Shown here: positions 10,644 to 24,036 of the stretch, one piece after another
How the letters are laid out: each line of letters begins with the position of its first letter
How positions within the stretch are numbered: the stretch's first letter is position 1
Assembly: GCF_036321535.1 (NCBI RefSeq)
Contig: NC_087440.1
Coordinates: 61,132,001-61,196,000 of the forward strand
Source: Camelus dromedarius
Taxonomy: Eukaryota
DNA: 64,000 bases
Reading direction: 5' to 3'
The notes under the pieces: model-generated
Seen by the model: only the letters and a program-made list of their open reading frames with translations
Told to the model about the DNA's origin: nothing
The model's database searches: none
Position numbers and translations under genes: made by a program

Positions 10644-12682
10644 TGTTATTTAGGGTATGCTAATCTGCTACAACAAATAAACCCAGACACGTAACGGATT
10701 AACACCATAGCAGGATGTTCTTTGCTGATGTTATGGTCCTGGGCAGGTAGTCAAGTCAGTGGAGCTGCGTTCTGCCATTCAGTCATTTAGGGACCCAGGC
10801 TCTTTCCATCTTGTGACCCTGCCATCTCTTAAGATCTCATAGTTATCTGCATCTGCATCCAAGCAGCCTAATGAGAAAGAGCATAGAGAAACCTGAATTT
10901 TGAAAGTTTTATGGGCCAGGCATGGAGGTGACGGACATCATTTCCCATCAGATGCCATAGGAGATAACTTAGTCACCAGGCCCCATCTCGGTTTAAGGGA
11001 AGCTGGGAGATAAAACCCACCTACATGTCCGCAAGAGAAAGAATGGATTTTGATGGAAAATAGCCATTTCTGTTTGCATCAGGCTCTCTAGCCACCAAAT
11101 ATCGTTGCATTCTTTTTCCCACATGTAAAACAAAGCATCTTCAGGTGATAAGTGGTCCTTTCCATCTGATGGAGATAGAAGACCACAAGATGTGCCCCAT
11201 ACACACACTCACCCCTTAGACAATGATAGAACAGGGATGGGATAACTAAAAATATTCAAACCCCCTTCTGGAAAAGGGAAGAATGGGAGAGACATAGCAA
11301 TAACAGAATCCTGATGGCAAATATTGAGAAGACTCCATGCCCTGGCAGTGGGGGAAGTTTCTTGAATTGACATTCATCTTATTCTCTGGGAGCAATTTCT
11401 TCATCCATTATTCTCAACTTTCCCTGGCTTGGGTCTCTGGGAATTTCTTCTTCCTCATCAGTTATCTTCCATAACACACATCTGAATTGGACCTTAGGGA
11501 CTCTGTCTTTCTTAGGAGCTATGCGGCTTTCACAGCCAGCTTCTTGCTTGTGCAATTTTGAGGCTCAAGTGTTGTTTTATAGTCATAAGACTGTTTAGTC
11601 CAAGTTTGGAGTTTCTTCGGAAATGCAATTCTCTCAAAAACTTGTTTGGCTTCTGCTAAGTTCCATGTACCAGTAACCACATCCAAGATTAAAGTATGTC
11701 TTTCCCAGACGTACTTCTTAAACATACATTATTTGCCTGCTTTGTCTAGCCAGTGCCTTTTGCCCTCAAATTAACAATAGCTACATAGAGGCCATATGAA
11801 GCAGAAAACTTAGATGAGTTCCCTGGAACTTATCTTTGCCACAGAGTTGATTCCCTGTTTAAACACAGAAATGAACATTTGTTGCTCAAATCCTTTTTTA
11901 ATTGTATCTTCTATTTGTAGAATCCAAAAATGGTCGATTTTCCTTCTCTAGAAGGCCATTAAGAGTGGCGTTCTATCAACCTCTGCTTAAAAAACAACCA
12001 ACTCAATTCTTTTCTTTCTTATGACACCTGGCTCAATACAGCAACAACTAATATACTCTAATATTCTGGCTTTTCCCAATCCTTTCTTTGAGTGCTATAG
12101 ACTCAGTAAGAATTAGGTTTACCCTCCAGGTTCGGCAGACAATAGCTGTACAGAATGTTCTGCCACGGTGTAACAATGTTCTTCACCTTTCTAGTCTGTT
12201 CTGTTTTCTTATTACCTGCCTCTTAGTGGTGGAGCTAACAGCACACTTGTTTTGGTTTTTGTAATAATGGAACCACACTAGAAAAGCTAGTGGAACAAAT
12301 AGACTCAAATATATAATGATTCAAACTGTTAGAATTCTATTTTTTTGCTTGGATAACAGACCTGGGCAAGTGTTCAGATGGATGAGATGGTTCTGTTCCA
12401 CATGGTCATTCAAGGATTTACTTTTTTCCATCTTGTGACTCTGCCATTGGGTAGGACTTTGTAGTGCTCTATATCTAGACAGGAGAAGATGAAAGAATAC
12501 GGAAGAGTGAGGACAGAGAGTCATGGTCTGGGCCAGGTCCTTAAGTGGCAGGCATGACTTCTGTTCACATTTCATTGGAGAGAAGTTAAACCCTAGGCCA
12601 CACATCACTATAAGAGAGGTTAGCTATATGCCCAAAGAAAGGGTGAACAGATTTTAATGGACACTTAATAATCATCATCACA
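10644..12682 (-). mobile_element. MaLR (MLT1-type) provirus: LTR (10644-11078), internal region, LTR (about 12282-12682)
   Basis: Two homologous, same-orientation blocks share ttccatcttgtgac(c/t)ctgccat, tgggccagg and closing ...gatttt(g/a)atgga segments. They flank a sequence resembling MLT1-int. Confidence 0.7.
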
Positions 12683-12846
12683 CTAAGTTAAAATTTCTTA
12701 CATCAAATAGAATCGACCCATAAGCAATATAAATTGCCCTAAGTGCCATATTTAATTAGATGTTTATTCAACTATAAATGACATACCTAAATTTCCCAAA
12801 CTTGCCTGGTTATTAGAAAAACCTGCCTGTTAAAAATGCAGATTCT

Positions 12847-13423
12847 GTAATTTGGTGCAGCCATGATANNNNNNNNNNNNNNNNNNNNNNNNNNNNNNNN
12901 NNNNNNNNNNNNNNNNNNNNNNNNNNNNNNNNNNNNNNNNNNNNNNNNNNNNNNNNNNNNNNNNNNNNNNNNNNNNNNNNNNNNNNNNNNNNNNNNNNNN
13001 NNNNNNNNNNNNNNNNATGGGTGGACCTAGAGAATGTCATACTAAGTGAAGTAAGTCAGACAGAGAAAGACAAATATCATATGACATCACTTTTATGTGG
13101 AACCTAAAAAATAATTCAAATGAATCTATATACAAAAGAGAAACAGACTCACATAGAAAACAAACTTATGGTTACCAAACGGGAAAGAGAGAGGGAGAGA
13201 GACAAATTAGGAGTATGGGATTAAGAGATACACACTACTATACATAAAATAGATAAACAACAAGGATTTACCGTATAACACAGGGAATAGTATTCAATAT
13301 CTTGTAATAATCTATAGTGGAAAATAATCTGAAAAAATATATATATGACTAAATCACTTTGCTCTACACCTGAAACCAGCACAATATTGTAAATCAACTG
13401 TACTTCAATTTTAAAAGGGAAAA
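12847..13423 (+). mobile_element. 5'-truncated LINE-1 inserted in a MER5 remnant
   Basis: L1 ORF2 end and 3'UTR. Target-site duplication (TSD) aaaaatgcagattct (12832-12846) / aaaaatacagattct (13424-13438). Confidence 0.88.
12869..13016. other. Assembly gap (148 N) within an L1
   Basis: Run of N. Confidence 0.99.
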
Positions 13424-14739
13424 AAAAATACAGATTCTTTGGTCCATACCAGAGCTGCTATACCAGACCCAATAAGAGAAAGAGCTGTAAATGTAAACTT
13501 CAACAAGCATCCTAAGCATTCCTTATTAGGTGGAACCTATGAAATTACCATTTTGTAGTTCAAAACCACTGGCTATCTTAAGTTCCTATTGTTCAATCTA
13601 ATGTAATTTAGAAAGTTCATAAAACCCTTCTCTATGATATAAAAATGCCTAGAAATCAAGTTAAGAGGAACAATTCCATAAACAATCATCAATCAGTAAA
13701 AAGCAATTTAAAAATAGGTATACATATATATAGAATTTCTTGAGTTGGTAGTTTCTAACAGGAGAAATTGTGTAAAACAGAAGAGGCCCTCAGAGCCTCT
13801 CAGAAACAGCTAGCAAATTCCTAAATGAGGAGTCAGAGTGCTTTTTAGAAAGACCTGTGCCCATGGCTGGGACACAGAGAGACCCTGGAAGAAAGAGAAT
13901 GCACAAGGCTGAGAAGCAGAGGTGTTTGCAGAGGCTGGCGCAAGGTGGGGAAAGCCGCAGAGAGCTGTAAAACAGAGCAGGAAGAAGGCTAACCAGGCAG
14001 ACTCGGGCGCACGAGCACCAGCTGCTGGGAGAAGAGCCGTAGGCAGGACTGGCAAAGCTGTGTAAGTGAGAATCGCTGTTCACTGAGCCTGCTGTCTGCA
14101 GAACAGCCATCAGCATGACTGTGAGACCTTTGGAGGGGTCACTGAGGGAAACTTAGAGAACACCTAGTCTCATGGGAGGAGGCAAAGGAGTCTTAAGCAA
14201 ACAGGAAAGAGACTGGAATCCTTGGGGTGGTTTTGGTGCAGCTCTGTCTTGGACACTGTTAGAGCTCTTCCATATCCACCGGGCCCATGATTGTGAAATG
14301 AACATAAACATCTGTTTCCCCTCTGCAAATCTTTCTGTTCTTCTTCATGCTTTGACCTAACATTTGGCGGAAAGGAGGGGGGAAAAAACAAAAATGGATC
14401 GTTGCCTAAAATTCAACTTCTCAGAGTCCCAGAAAGCTTCTCCTTGGGCTAGAATCTGGCTCCTGAAAGAGATAACATGTAAATTCTGGGAGAGACAGAC
14501 ATTTTGTAACTGAGTCTCAGGCATCCTCATCTGGACAACTAACTGACCAGCACTCCTGCTCACGGGGACCAAGCCTTCCTTTGGAGTCTCTCCAGCTGTT
14601 TTAATACAGATTAGTCAGTCAGGCCTCAGAATGCGATCCTACTTGCCAACAAGAGAGAAAAACAATGCTCTGTGTGGCCTGAGCAGAATGTACTCTAATG
14701 AAAGAAACTGCTTCCTGGTCCTTTTTACAGTTTACTAAT

Positions 14740-14960
14740 GAAATAGTAACTAACTAATATTAATTAGCTAAGTATTTAATATGGGCCAAGCCTTGTGTTA
14801 CTTTGCTATCTTCTTTGAGCCTCAAATTATTTCTAATTAGTAAGTATCTTCATTTCACAGATGAGAGAATTGAAACTCAGAGAAGGAACCTGTCCAACAC
14901 CACAGGACCAGGAAGTGGTAGAATTGGGATTAAAATCTGTCAGTTCAAATGTTACCTCCT
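14740..14960 (-). mobile_element. MIR SINE
   Basis: catttcacagatgagagaattgaaactcagaga. Confidence 0.7.
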
Positions 14961-15019
14961 CAGGAGGCCAAATCACCCTGATTAAACTGACCACCTTTTC
15001 AAAACCTGTTTATTTTCTC

Positions 15020-15210
15020 TACAGTTATTATCTTATGTGTTTATTTATTTGTCCAGTGCTTGTCTCACCCTAGAATGTATACTTCATAAAGGAAAGTTTC
15101 TTTCTGTCTTATTTACTCTTATGTCCCCAATGTCTGGAATTAGCCTACAACACAATACACACCCAAAATGTCTGTTGAATGATTGAATGAATAAATGATT
15201 GAATGAATGG
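15020..15210 (+). mobile_element. L2 3' end
   Basis: L2 tail ending in (tgaa)n: ttgaatgattgaatgaataaatgattgaatgaatgg. Confidence 0.75.
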
Positions 15211-17990
15211 ATGGCTGACATCCGAGAGTCTCACAGTCTTAACCACTGCACTGCACTGAAGTTAGCACCCCGGGTAAACAGTCAGGAAAATTTTCTATGT
15301 TGAAATTTGATTCTCCTACATCCTCAAAGGATCTATCCTAAGCATCATGGACATACACTCGAGAATAGTTTATTGGCTTTCTTTAAAAATTGTAAAACAA
15401 TTTTATTTTTCTACGAAAAAAATTCCAAAAGCTTTTGTTTCCAGTCCAATTTCAAACTTGTGAGCTGAATGATTTAATGAGGCAAAAAAAAAAAAGTGTT
15501 TTCCTAATTATATTAGAGATAGGTTTTTGGATGCTATATACTAGAGGCAAAAAGAAAAATTTAATTCCCTAATGTATGTATTGTGTCACTTTTTTTTCAA
15601 ATAATTAGAGTAATTAAGAGAAAAACAATAAGTCAATAATGTCCTTAGTCTATACCAAGTGTAAACTTCCTAAAAATTATGAATGCTGTTGATAAAATGT
15701 AACCATTCACTTGCTAGAAAGTATACTAATTTTCAGTTGGTATGCTTGTGAGAAATACAATGAACATGTTCATGTATATTAATAATGGGGCGCTTTAGTG
15801 ATTAAGAGGAAAATGGCTGTGCTCTCTCTCCTCAAGCCTCCTCTGCTCAAATTGGATAAGACTGCACTATAAGCCCAAATACTTCTTTCCTCAGCTAAAA
15901 TGAAATTTCATAGGACATTTACAATAGTTCAAGCTGGTAAATTAGAGCCTTAAGAATTTTCAATAGTAAACATGTTTTCAACCAAAGTTCTCACAAGAGA
16001 CAGAGTGAATGTTAAATCTTAAGTGTCAATATTAGGCATAAATTTTTCTGTAGAGATTGTACTCTGTTCATTTCATTCATTTACCCTCCAAATAACTCTC
16101 CCCACCAAGTCCTCCCTTTGAGATAAGCTGAAACTTTCAGGCTGCAGATCGAAGCCATTTTCTCTCACTCAAGTTAGCATAGATGGAGAAATCCTCTTTA
16201 TCGTCCTCAGAATAACAGCTTTCAGTGTATCTGAAGACCAAGGAAATTTTCATCCTTATCATCCTCAGACAATACACGCAGATCTTTCCAACTCCCTTCA
16301 TAGATACTTGACCTATTCATTCCCCGTTCTTACTGGGCAACTTCTCATGAATTCACTTCAAGTAAATCATGAACAACTTACATTTCAAATCTGTAATTTC
16401 AAAGCACACAGTAAGTAGGCTTTGTAATTTTTTCATAGTAACGGGTACTTCGTCAACATGGTTAGATGTAGTACTAACAAGATGTAGAAATCTAGGCTAA
16501 ATAATCTTTTAGATCACCTCTATTTTGGGGGTTTTGTCCTTGTTATTAGGGAATTAATGTGTCCTTAGGTTGACATACTCTTTGGTATTATAGGAGACAT
16601 TTTGGTCCCTGAGGTTATCACAGATCTGTATTTTATAGTACTGAATATTCTATCATTGTAACAGATATGCTAGTCTTACTAGGATTTAGTATATAGTAGA
16701 TTACAAATGAATAATTTTTTTTTTTACTTCATTCACTTCCTACCAGTCAACACATTAAATGCTTCTTCAGGGTAGTGTACAGCAGACAAGCATCCTATTT
16801 AACAAGCTCACCAATTACCACTGACTGAATTCCAGTTTCACAGAAGACATTCTGTTCCAGGGTAACCTAGATTTTTCTGGACACAGAAAGAAATCTTGAG
16901 TTCCGAGGTATAAACAAACCCTGAAATACCTACAAGAGATCATGAGTTATTTTGGACCCTACTACATCATCAATTAAACTTAAGTAATCTACACAGTAAA
17001 AGAAATTACTTCATGTTGTGTCTACTTGTATATGTGGGTCCTCAAGTGATTTCCAAAATTTCAACTGCTATCCAAGTGTTGACTCTTCCAGTGGTAGGGG
17101 AGGAGTAAAAGGGACCCTCTTTGGGAAGATGGATTCATAGATGCATAGCTTTCAAAGCATCCACACGGCATTTGGAAAAACGCATTTTATTTGTGTTCCA
17201 TGTCACAAGGAGCCAGTAACCCTATCATAGTTTTCCTATCTGATACTGCTGCTTTAGCCGCCTTGCTTTTACAATTCACGGACAGTTTAGAAGCCTGCTC
17301 CCTGTGAAATGAGGAAGAGAATTTCTATTCCACTGACAGACACTTAGCTCCACTTACAGAGTTGACATCTGGTTACTCCTACAGACCCTGATAATCACCC
17401 AAAGCCCAGAGAAAAAAAGCACCAAGTAAAGCATTCTGAGGATGAGAAGGGTCAGTCAGCCCACAGAATGATCCATTTGTCCGTTAAAAAAACTGTTAGC
17501 ATTATTCTATTTCTTTGTAAATGGGCACCAACAACCTGTGAACAAAGTAACTGAAAATGATGACTTCAGAGGATTTCATGCAGTTTTGTTGTTCTTTTCA
17601 TGGTTCTTAAAATCAATAATCAGCTATTGAAAGATAGATGACATACTCGAAAAAAAGCCTCATAAAAATTGTTTTTGTTCTTATTTAGTCTTCTTATTTT
17701 AAAAATCCTACACTTTCTTTGGTATGTGCACTAGGGCTTTCTTCCACCTCTCAAGTCCCTCTATCTGGTGAATTCTGCAGAAAAGGGAATAAACATCTTC
17801 TAAGAGAAAGGCAGTGGTATACTAACTTGACAAGCAGCTCCTGATAAACCAACTTTCATACTCATACTATTTAAATTGTATCCTCTATTAAGGAAAAAAA
17901 TACTTGAGAAATATTTAAATGGTTCATGTGAGAATCATAGAAATTCAGTGATGGAAATTATACCACGATGCAAGAGGACTGAAGAAGGAC

Positions 17991-18161
17991 AGGGAACTGT
18001 ATTCAATATCTTGTATAACCTTTAATGAAAAAGAACAGGAACTGAAAACAAATACATGTATACATATGCATGATTGGGACACTGTGTTGTACACCAGAAA
18101 TTGACACAGTGTAACTGACTGCACTGCAATTAAAAATAATAAAATAAAATAAAATAATAAC
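17991..18161 (+). mobile_element. Short LINE-1 3' tail
   Basis: agggaactgtattcaatatcttgtataacc...tacaccagaaattgacac and an A-rich tail. Candidate TSD agaaggac at 17983-17990 and 18162-18169. Confidence 0.82.
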
Positions 18162-19300
18162 AGAAGGACTAATGCAAGTCTACCCCTAAACAATGTCTGT
18201 CAAATCTATGGAAAGAGAAAATTAAGTAAAATTTTTCTCTGTGATTCTTCAAGGACAAGGTTCTTTCAGCCCCAAATCCTTGGTCATTTTTCCACTAGGA
18301 TCCATTAGGATCCTTTCTTCAGTACATACAATGATCTTCCTCTTCTAATATCCTTATTTCTCCTTTTTGCTCATTTTAACATCACGTCTCAGAGGCAGGA
18401 ACACTCCTGTATTCGAAGGATGAAGACTAGCACAGGGAATTCCTACTCCCTGGGCTCCCTGACCAGGTAACTCCATCTTACTCCCCAAGAGAGGTGCTAT
18501 TTAAAGCAGGATCTGCATGGAGTCTTGTTCCATTAAATCAGAGCAGGCACAAAAAGTGAGAGCTGGGTGTTTTTAGCACAGATCCAAGTGTTCTTGAATC
18601 ATAAAAGACTGTGGTTTTAACTTGACTTCCCAAACACCTTCCTTCTTTTATACACATTATCACTCAATGGCTAAAGATGCAGAAATTCAAAGAGCAGAAC
18701 TATAATTTTTTACTAAAGAATCTGGCATTATGTCCTATCTCTAAATATCTGTATTGTTATGCAGGTCTCTTAAGGCAATAAGACCCCCATAGCTTTCCCA
18801 CTCCTCCTTCTCTGTTGTCTCTCAGCTATGTGAATACCTCCCTTAAAACAGCTGCTTCTCTCCTCCTCTGCCAGGCTGCTCCCATAAGGCAAGGCTCTTT
18901 CCCTCTATCACACTTGGGCTTAGAGTCAGCACTAGGTTACAAGGGCTGATTATATTTCTAGCACCAGAGAATAGTGATAAAGGATGTAGCACCTTTTCCA
19001 GTGTCAGGAACACAATGGATGCCCCAGGGATGAAAATTGCATTATACATCTCCCACGGACATGCTCAAAGAGATTGTCTTCAACTACAAAATAAGGGATC
19101 TGGACAAGCCCTGGTTCAAATATGACATTGCTGTCCGACTTCCAAAGTAACTTGGGCATCTTCTCTTTCAAAGGATCGGAGATGATTTCAGGGTGAATGG
19201 ATCCATGCCATCATGGGAGCAGCCTGATACTGTGTTGGGTCCAGGTGTCAAGAGAACAAAGGCAAAGGAATGCAACTTCCTTAAAAGGTGTTTTGTTATT

Positions 19301-19373
19301 TCTTTTTTTGTTAATTTTTTAAATTGAAGTATAGTCAGTCGACAATGTTGTGTTAATTTCTGGTTTACAGCAT
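19301..19373 (-). mobile_element. Very short LINE-1 3' tail
   Basis: ttttttaaattgaagtatagtcagtcgacaatgttgtgttaatttctggtttacagc. Confidence 0.7.
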
Positions 19374-19683
19374 CCTAGGTGATCCACAGAGGTACACAGA
19401 AAAGGGAGGGAAGGGAAGGGCACATTCAGTGAGTTGATTATTGCCCTGAAGCCTCATTCTGTCACCCCTGGATGAGTGTTTCCCTCACGAGGAGGTTACT
19501 ATCTGGAGAGTTTCATAGGAAAATCGTGAAATATTCAAAGAAGGTGACTTCCATACCTATTTTATCAGTTCAGCGCTGGCGGCAGTGTTTTCACTATGAG
19601 CATTCCCATCTAAGTTCATGGACACCTCTGCAAGATTAAAATAAGTGCAATGCAACTCACTGTTGATCTTGACTGTGTGTGTT

Positions 19684-19686
<3 letters not shown>

Positions 19687-19714
<28 letters not shown>
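19687..19714. repeat. (GA)14 microsatellite
   Basis: Read directly. Confidence 0.95.
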
Positions 19715-19717
<3 letters not shown>

Positions 19718-21739
19718 AGAGAGACAGAGAAACAGAAAAACCCCCAACTCTTTTGGTAGAAAAAAGAAGGAAGGATATACATGGCTACACTCCTCAGGTA
19801 TTGCCCTTACACAGCTCTGCTTTTCCAGATTAGGGTTTAATCTCATCCCTACAAGATGATTTCAATGAGTTTTATTTATTTTTAAGAAAAGATCGGCTTA
19901 CCTATAAAAGCCCGTTAAAAGTTTCTATAGTCTCATTTCACAGTCTAATTTTACTCTACCCTGAGAGCCTCTAAAAATATCTTGTTGAGCAAATTCATTA
20001 CCACTATAACTCTCTCTAACATGTCATTTTACGTTGAAACCAGGTATCTAGGAAGTAACCTGTCTTCTTGATAACACGGTATTATAGGGGTCCCCAGGCA
20101 ACTATCTGTATTTGCCAAACATCCTCAAGAAATTATAAATTATATAATGCATATGAAAACATTTTGTGTGCTGGAAAACACTACCAAATGTTATTGTTTC
20201 TTATTAGTAATAAATCACTTTATTTATTAAATGCTGCATGACATAAAATGACATGGAGAATGACACAAAATGTAATTAGACACAAAATACAGCAAAAGCA
20301 TGGAAGTAACACATCCTCTTTCCCCAGGACCGCATCTCTGAGAATGCAGTTAATCCTTATTTGTTCCTTTACACATGCATAAGCAATATGCATGAGTGCC
20401 AGAAATAGGGCTCAGAACCAGCGGTCTCTGCTCCACGTACTGTAACTCATGCACACAGCCTGCTCACTACTCTTATGGGTGGAAATGCTTCCAAACTGTT
20501 GGCTTTATCTCACAGCAGGTGTGGGGAGGGGGTGGTCTCCACAGCCCAGATCACCCAGCTGCAGCACCAGAAGAATCGTTTCTAATCAAGCATGTAAATC
20601 CATTCTTATGACCTTAAAAAGACTCACCATAAGAACATTTGGATATTAAAACACTCTATTCTAAAAAATAATTGTAATTGTACTGTTTACTGTTGAAAAT
20701 AAGTCTTAAATCATTTATTGCCTAGTGAAAAATCAGAGCCTACTTCATACCAAATTCACAGAGCAGTTAATAAGTGCAATTAGTTCCTACTAGGATAGAT
20801 TCAGAAGTTCGTTGTTTGGAAGATTTTGTTTGTATTTTTCCTGGTTGCCCTAGCATTCTCTGACTTCTGAAGTTAATGCTCACCCTCATCCCATACCCCT
20901 GCCCTGGGGCCTCTCACTAACTCCCAGTCTGGTTCCTCAGCTCCTCAGCCCCAACACAATTTTAGAAGTGATTGAGGTCCGTCTTCAAGGAAAAGCATTT
21001 TCCCCAAGTGAATCCAACTATCACTTAAGCTCTATCACTTATACAACTATCATTTAGACATTTTTAAGCTACAGTTGGAGGTTGATGGAGGAGAAAAATT
21101 TTCCTTTGGAGCAATGTAAATTACCTCTAGCTTTTCTGGAGAGGGTTGTGTTTGCCAAAGAAAAGAAGGTAAATCGTTAACTTGTAGTAATCTCATCCCT
21201 ATGCCCATAAATACTGAAATCTTTTATTTCTCAAGCAATCTCTAAGATGTCTACTGAGAGTCTGTGAAAATCAATTTTATATTTTGATATTTACTTCTGT
21301 AAAATTAGTAGTATTTCATTGGGACTTCTGATATGACCATTAGTACATAAATCCAGTTTTCTCCTCTTCCTGAAAACCATCCAAAGGGAAAAAAAATGGA
21401 AAACAAAAAGACAAACTATATTTTCAGCAAAACTAAGACTTAGATCCCAAAATATTTTGAAAAGGATGCCAAAAACAGCAGAATTCACAGAAGGAACAAT
21501 TGAAGGAGAAGCTTAGGAGACAGAGCCCAGTTATGACTGGTCTTAAACACTGCCAACAATGATATAATTTTCAAAGGTAAGGGCCACATCTGGAAGGCAA
21601 AAGAACTATATCCCATGTACATAAAACTGTACAGAAAAGAGAATATCTGAAGGTTCTAGAAGACTCCATACATCTGATTCAAATCGTAGACGCTAGACCT
21701 TATGAAGTCATCCAGATAAAGCCACGTGCAAGAGAGGTT

Positions 21740-21890
21740 TATTCCAAGCATTTAAGAAAAACTCAAGAGTAGAAAATTTATTAATAAATTGTATCATATT
21801 AATAGGTCTAAGGAGAAAAATAGTATGATCACCTTCACGAAGATTGAAAAAGATTTATAAAAATTAATAATTAAAATTTGATTTAAATAA
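21740..21890 (+). mobile_element. Highly decayed old L1 ORF2 fragment
   Basis: tcatattaataggtctaaggagaaaaatagtatgatcacc resembles the HINRSKEKNHMII segment. Confidence 0.55.
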
Positions 21891-21934
21891 TAACGATAAA
21901 ATAGGATATTAATGATATGACAAAGACAACCACT

Positions 21935-22070
21935 ACCGATCCCTTCCTTCCTCCATAAATGTGTCACTCCACCATCAAGCGGTGGAGTTTATTCCTCAAC
22001 CCTTGAGTCTGAACTGGTTCTGTGATTGTCTTGACCAAGCGCATGCAGAGAAATTGATTTTCTGGTACAT
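21935..22070 (+). mobile_element. MaLR MLT1-type LTR fragment
   Basis: tgtgtcactcccaccatcaagcggtggagtttatt...cccttgagtctgaactgg...tgtgattgtcttgaccaa. Confidence 0.65.
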
Positions 22071-22612
22071 CAGAGTCTTGCCTCATTGTTCTGGCTAGGA
22101 CTTCCAACACTCTGTTGCATAAAAACGGTGACAGTGGGCATTCTTGTCTTGTTCTTGATCTTAGAGGAAAGCCTTTCGGCTCTTCACCACTGAGTATGAC
22201 GGGAGCCATGTGCTTGTGGCATTTATTATGCTGAGATACATTCCCTCTATACCCACTTTGTTGAGAGCTTTCATCAGAAACGGATGTTTGATTTTGTCAA
22301 ATGTTTTTTCTGCATCTGTTGAGATGGTCATATGATTTTTATACTTCATTTTGTTAATGTGGTGTATCACATTGATTGGTTTGCAGATACTGACTCACCC
22401 ATGCCTCCCTGGATTAAATCCCACCTGATCTTGGTGTATGATTCTTTTTATGTATTGTTGAATTCAGTTTGTTAATATTTTGATGAGGATTTTTGCATCT
22501 ATGTTCTTCAGGGATAGTGGCCTGTAATTTTCTTGTCTTATCCCTGCCTGGTTTTGGTATCACGTAATGTTGCCCTAATCGAATGAATCTGGAAGTGCTC
22601 CCTCCTGTTCTG
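22071..22612 (-). mobile_element. LINE-1 ORF2 (RT region) internal fragment
   Basis: Minus-strand ORFs read [30 protein letters not shown] and [31 protein letters not shown], both L1 RT motifs. Confidence 0.9.
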
Positions 22613-22949
22613 TTGGAAAAGATACTTTTTTTCCTTTAACCACACTTTCTCTTATAAGCCCCAGGCCAGCATTCTCAACCATTTGCTAAATATATCCACG
22701 GAGGAATGATCACCTGTTAAAGAAATCAGTTCCCTTTCTTTTGATTTTAAAATATCTAAAAACCAGTAAACTCAGAAGCATTGTGCTCCCAAAATACTAC
22801 TATGTTTCCTGCCGAATTCATTCTGTCCAGTCTAAACCTCCTGGGGTTTCTGTATTAAAATATATTAATACACAAGCATTCACCACTTTGGTAATTATCT
22901 CTTTACTAACATACTAAACTAAGTTTTTGGCTGCTTCTTTGGTGATTCT

Positions 22950-23475
22950 AAATGCTCAAAAGGCATATTAAAACTATTACTAGTTCCAGAATGTAATGTT
23001 TTCCACAAGAAAACTGGCCTGGACTTAAAAAAAATAAATCAATAACACAGAGAGGGGGAAGAGAAGATGAAATGTTAGGTTTTAATCCGGACTGGAGCCT
23101 GATTTTGAAAAAAGGAAAAAAAATAAGCTGTTGAAGGCATTTTGTGGGCAATTAAGGAAATTTCAATATGGAATAATTTAGATTATATTAAGAAATTAAT
23201 GTTAATAATCTTGGGTATTGTGGTTCTGTAGGAGAAGGTCCTTTTTTTTTTTTTTTTTAGGAGATCCTGCGAAAGCAGTTATGGGTAAAATGTCACTATG
23301 TCTGCAATTCACTTTCAGATAATTTAGAGGGAAAAATTATGTGCATATAGAGAGAGGCAAAGCATACATGGCAAAATGTTAACAGTATTAAATCTAGGTG
23401 GGGGTAGAGGTGTTCATATCATTCTTTCAACCCTTCAGTATGTTTCAAATTTTTTGAAATAAAAAATTGGGAGAA
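22950..23475 (+). mobile_element. Old L1ME-type 3' end
   Basis: Ends ggcaaaatgttaacagtattaaatctaggtgggggtagaggtgttcat...aaataaaaaatt. Confidence 0.7.
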
Positions 23476-24036
23476 AATCCTCTTTAGAGGAAGATTTTTT
23501 TTTTAATGATAATTGTGCCCTGTGCTACAACACACACTTTTTCAAACTGAGATAGTCATTTGGGATTAGGGATAAGTAAGTCTTTTGTTGGAATTGCAGC
23601 TACAGAGATGGCAGCGCTTGTTTTCAATTACTAACTTTGGAACTGTGTTTAAATCAGAAGATTAAATTCACTAATCCTACATTAGAACCCACCAAAAGAC
23701 CTGAGGTTAGAACTGTTTTCTCCCAGAGAGGAAATATCAAAATGCAAACATATGACCATCTTTAATAAATTCTTTTTCTTCACTTGGACAAATATATTTC
23801 CCCAAGAGAAAAATGTGCATATGGGACACATGGAAGAAATTCTCCTTCATAAATACATTTCTTCAGTTTTTCAATGTTCTAAAAGCTAAACTCAGCACTC
23901 ACAAATAGTTGAAATTGTTTCTGCATTTTTCTGCATAGAACAAATCTCCCCTTCGACATCCTTTCTTCTTATTCTGACTCCAGAAAGCCACACACACAAA
24001 CACACACACATACTCATACACATGCTGCAGGAAACT

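Noticed and set aside
663-13040. ORFs containing long X runs
   Set aside because: Artefacts of translating across N gaps.
21740-22400. Opposed L1 ORF2 fragments as a twin-priming inversion
   Set aside because: The two pieces overlap the same ORF2 segment, differ greatly in decay and are separated by an MLT1 LTR. They are independent insertions.
23242-23290. T17-AG as a cryptic acceptor
   Set aside because: It is an expanded T-run in an old L1ME, with only a weak nearby donor (gtaaaa).
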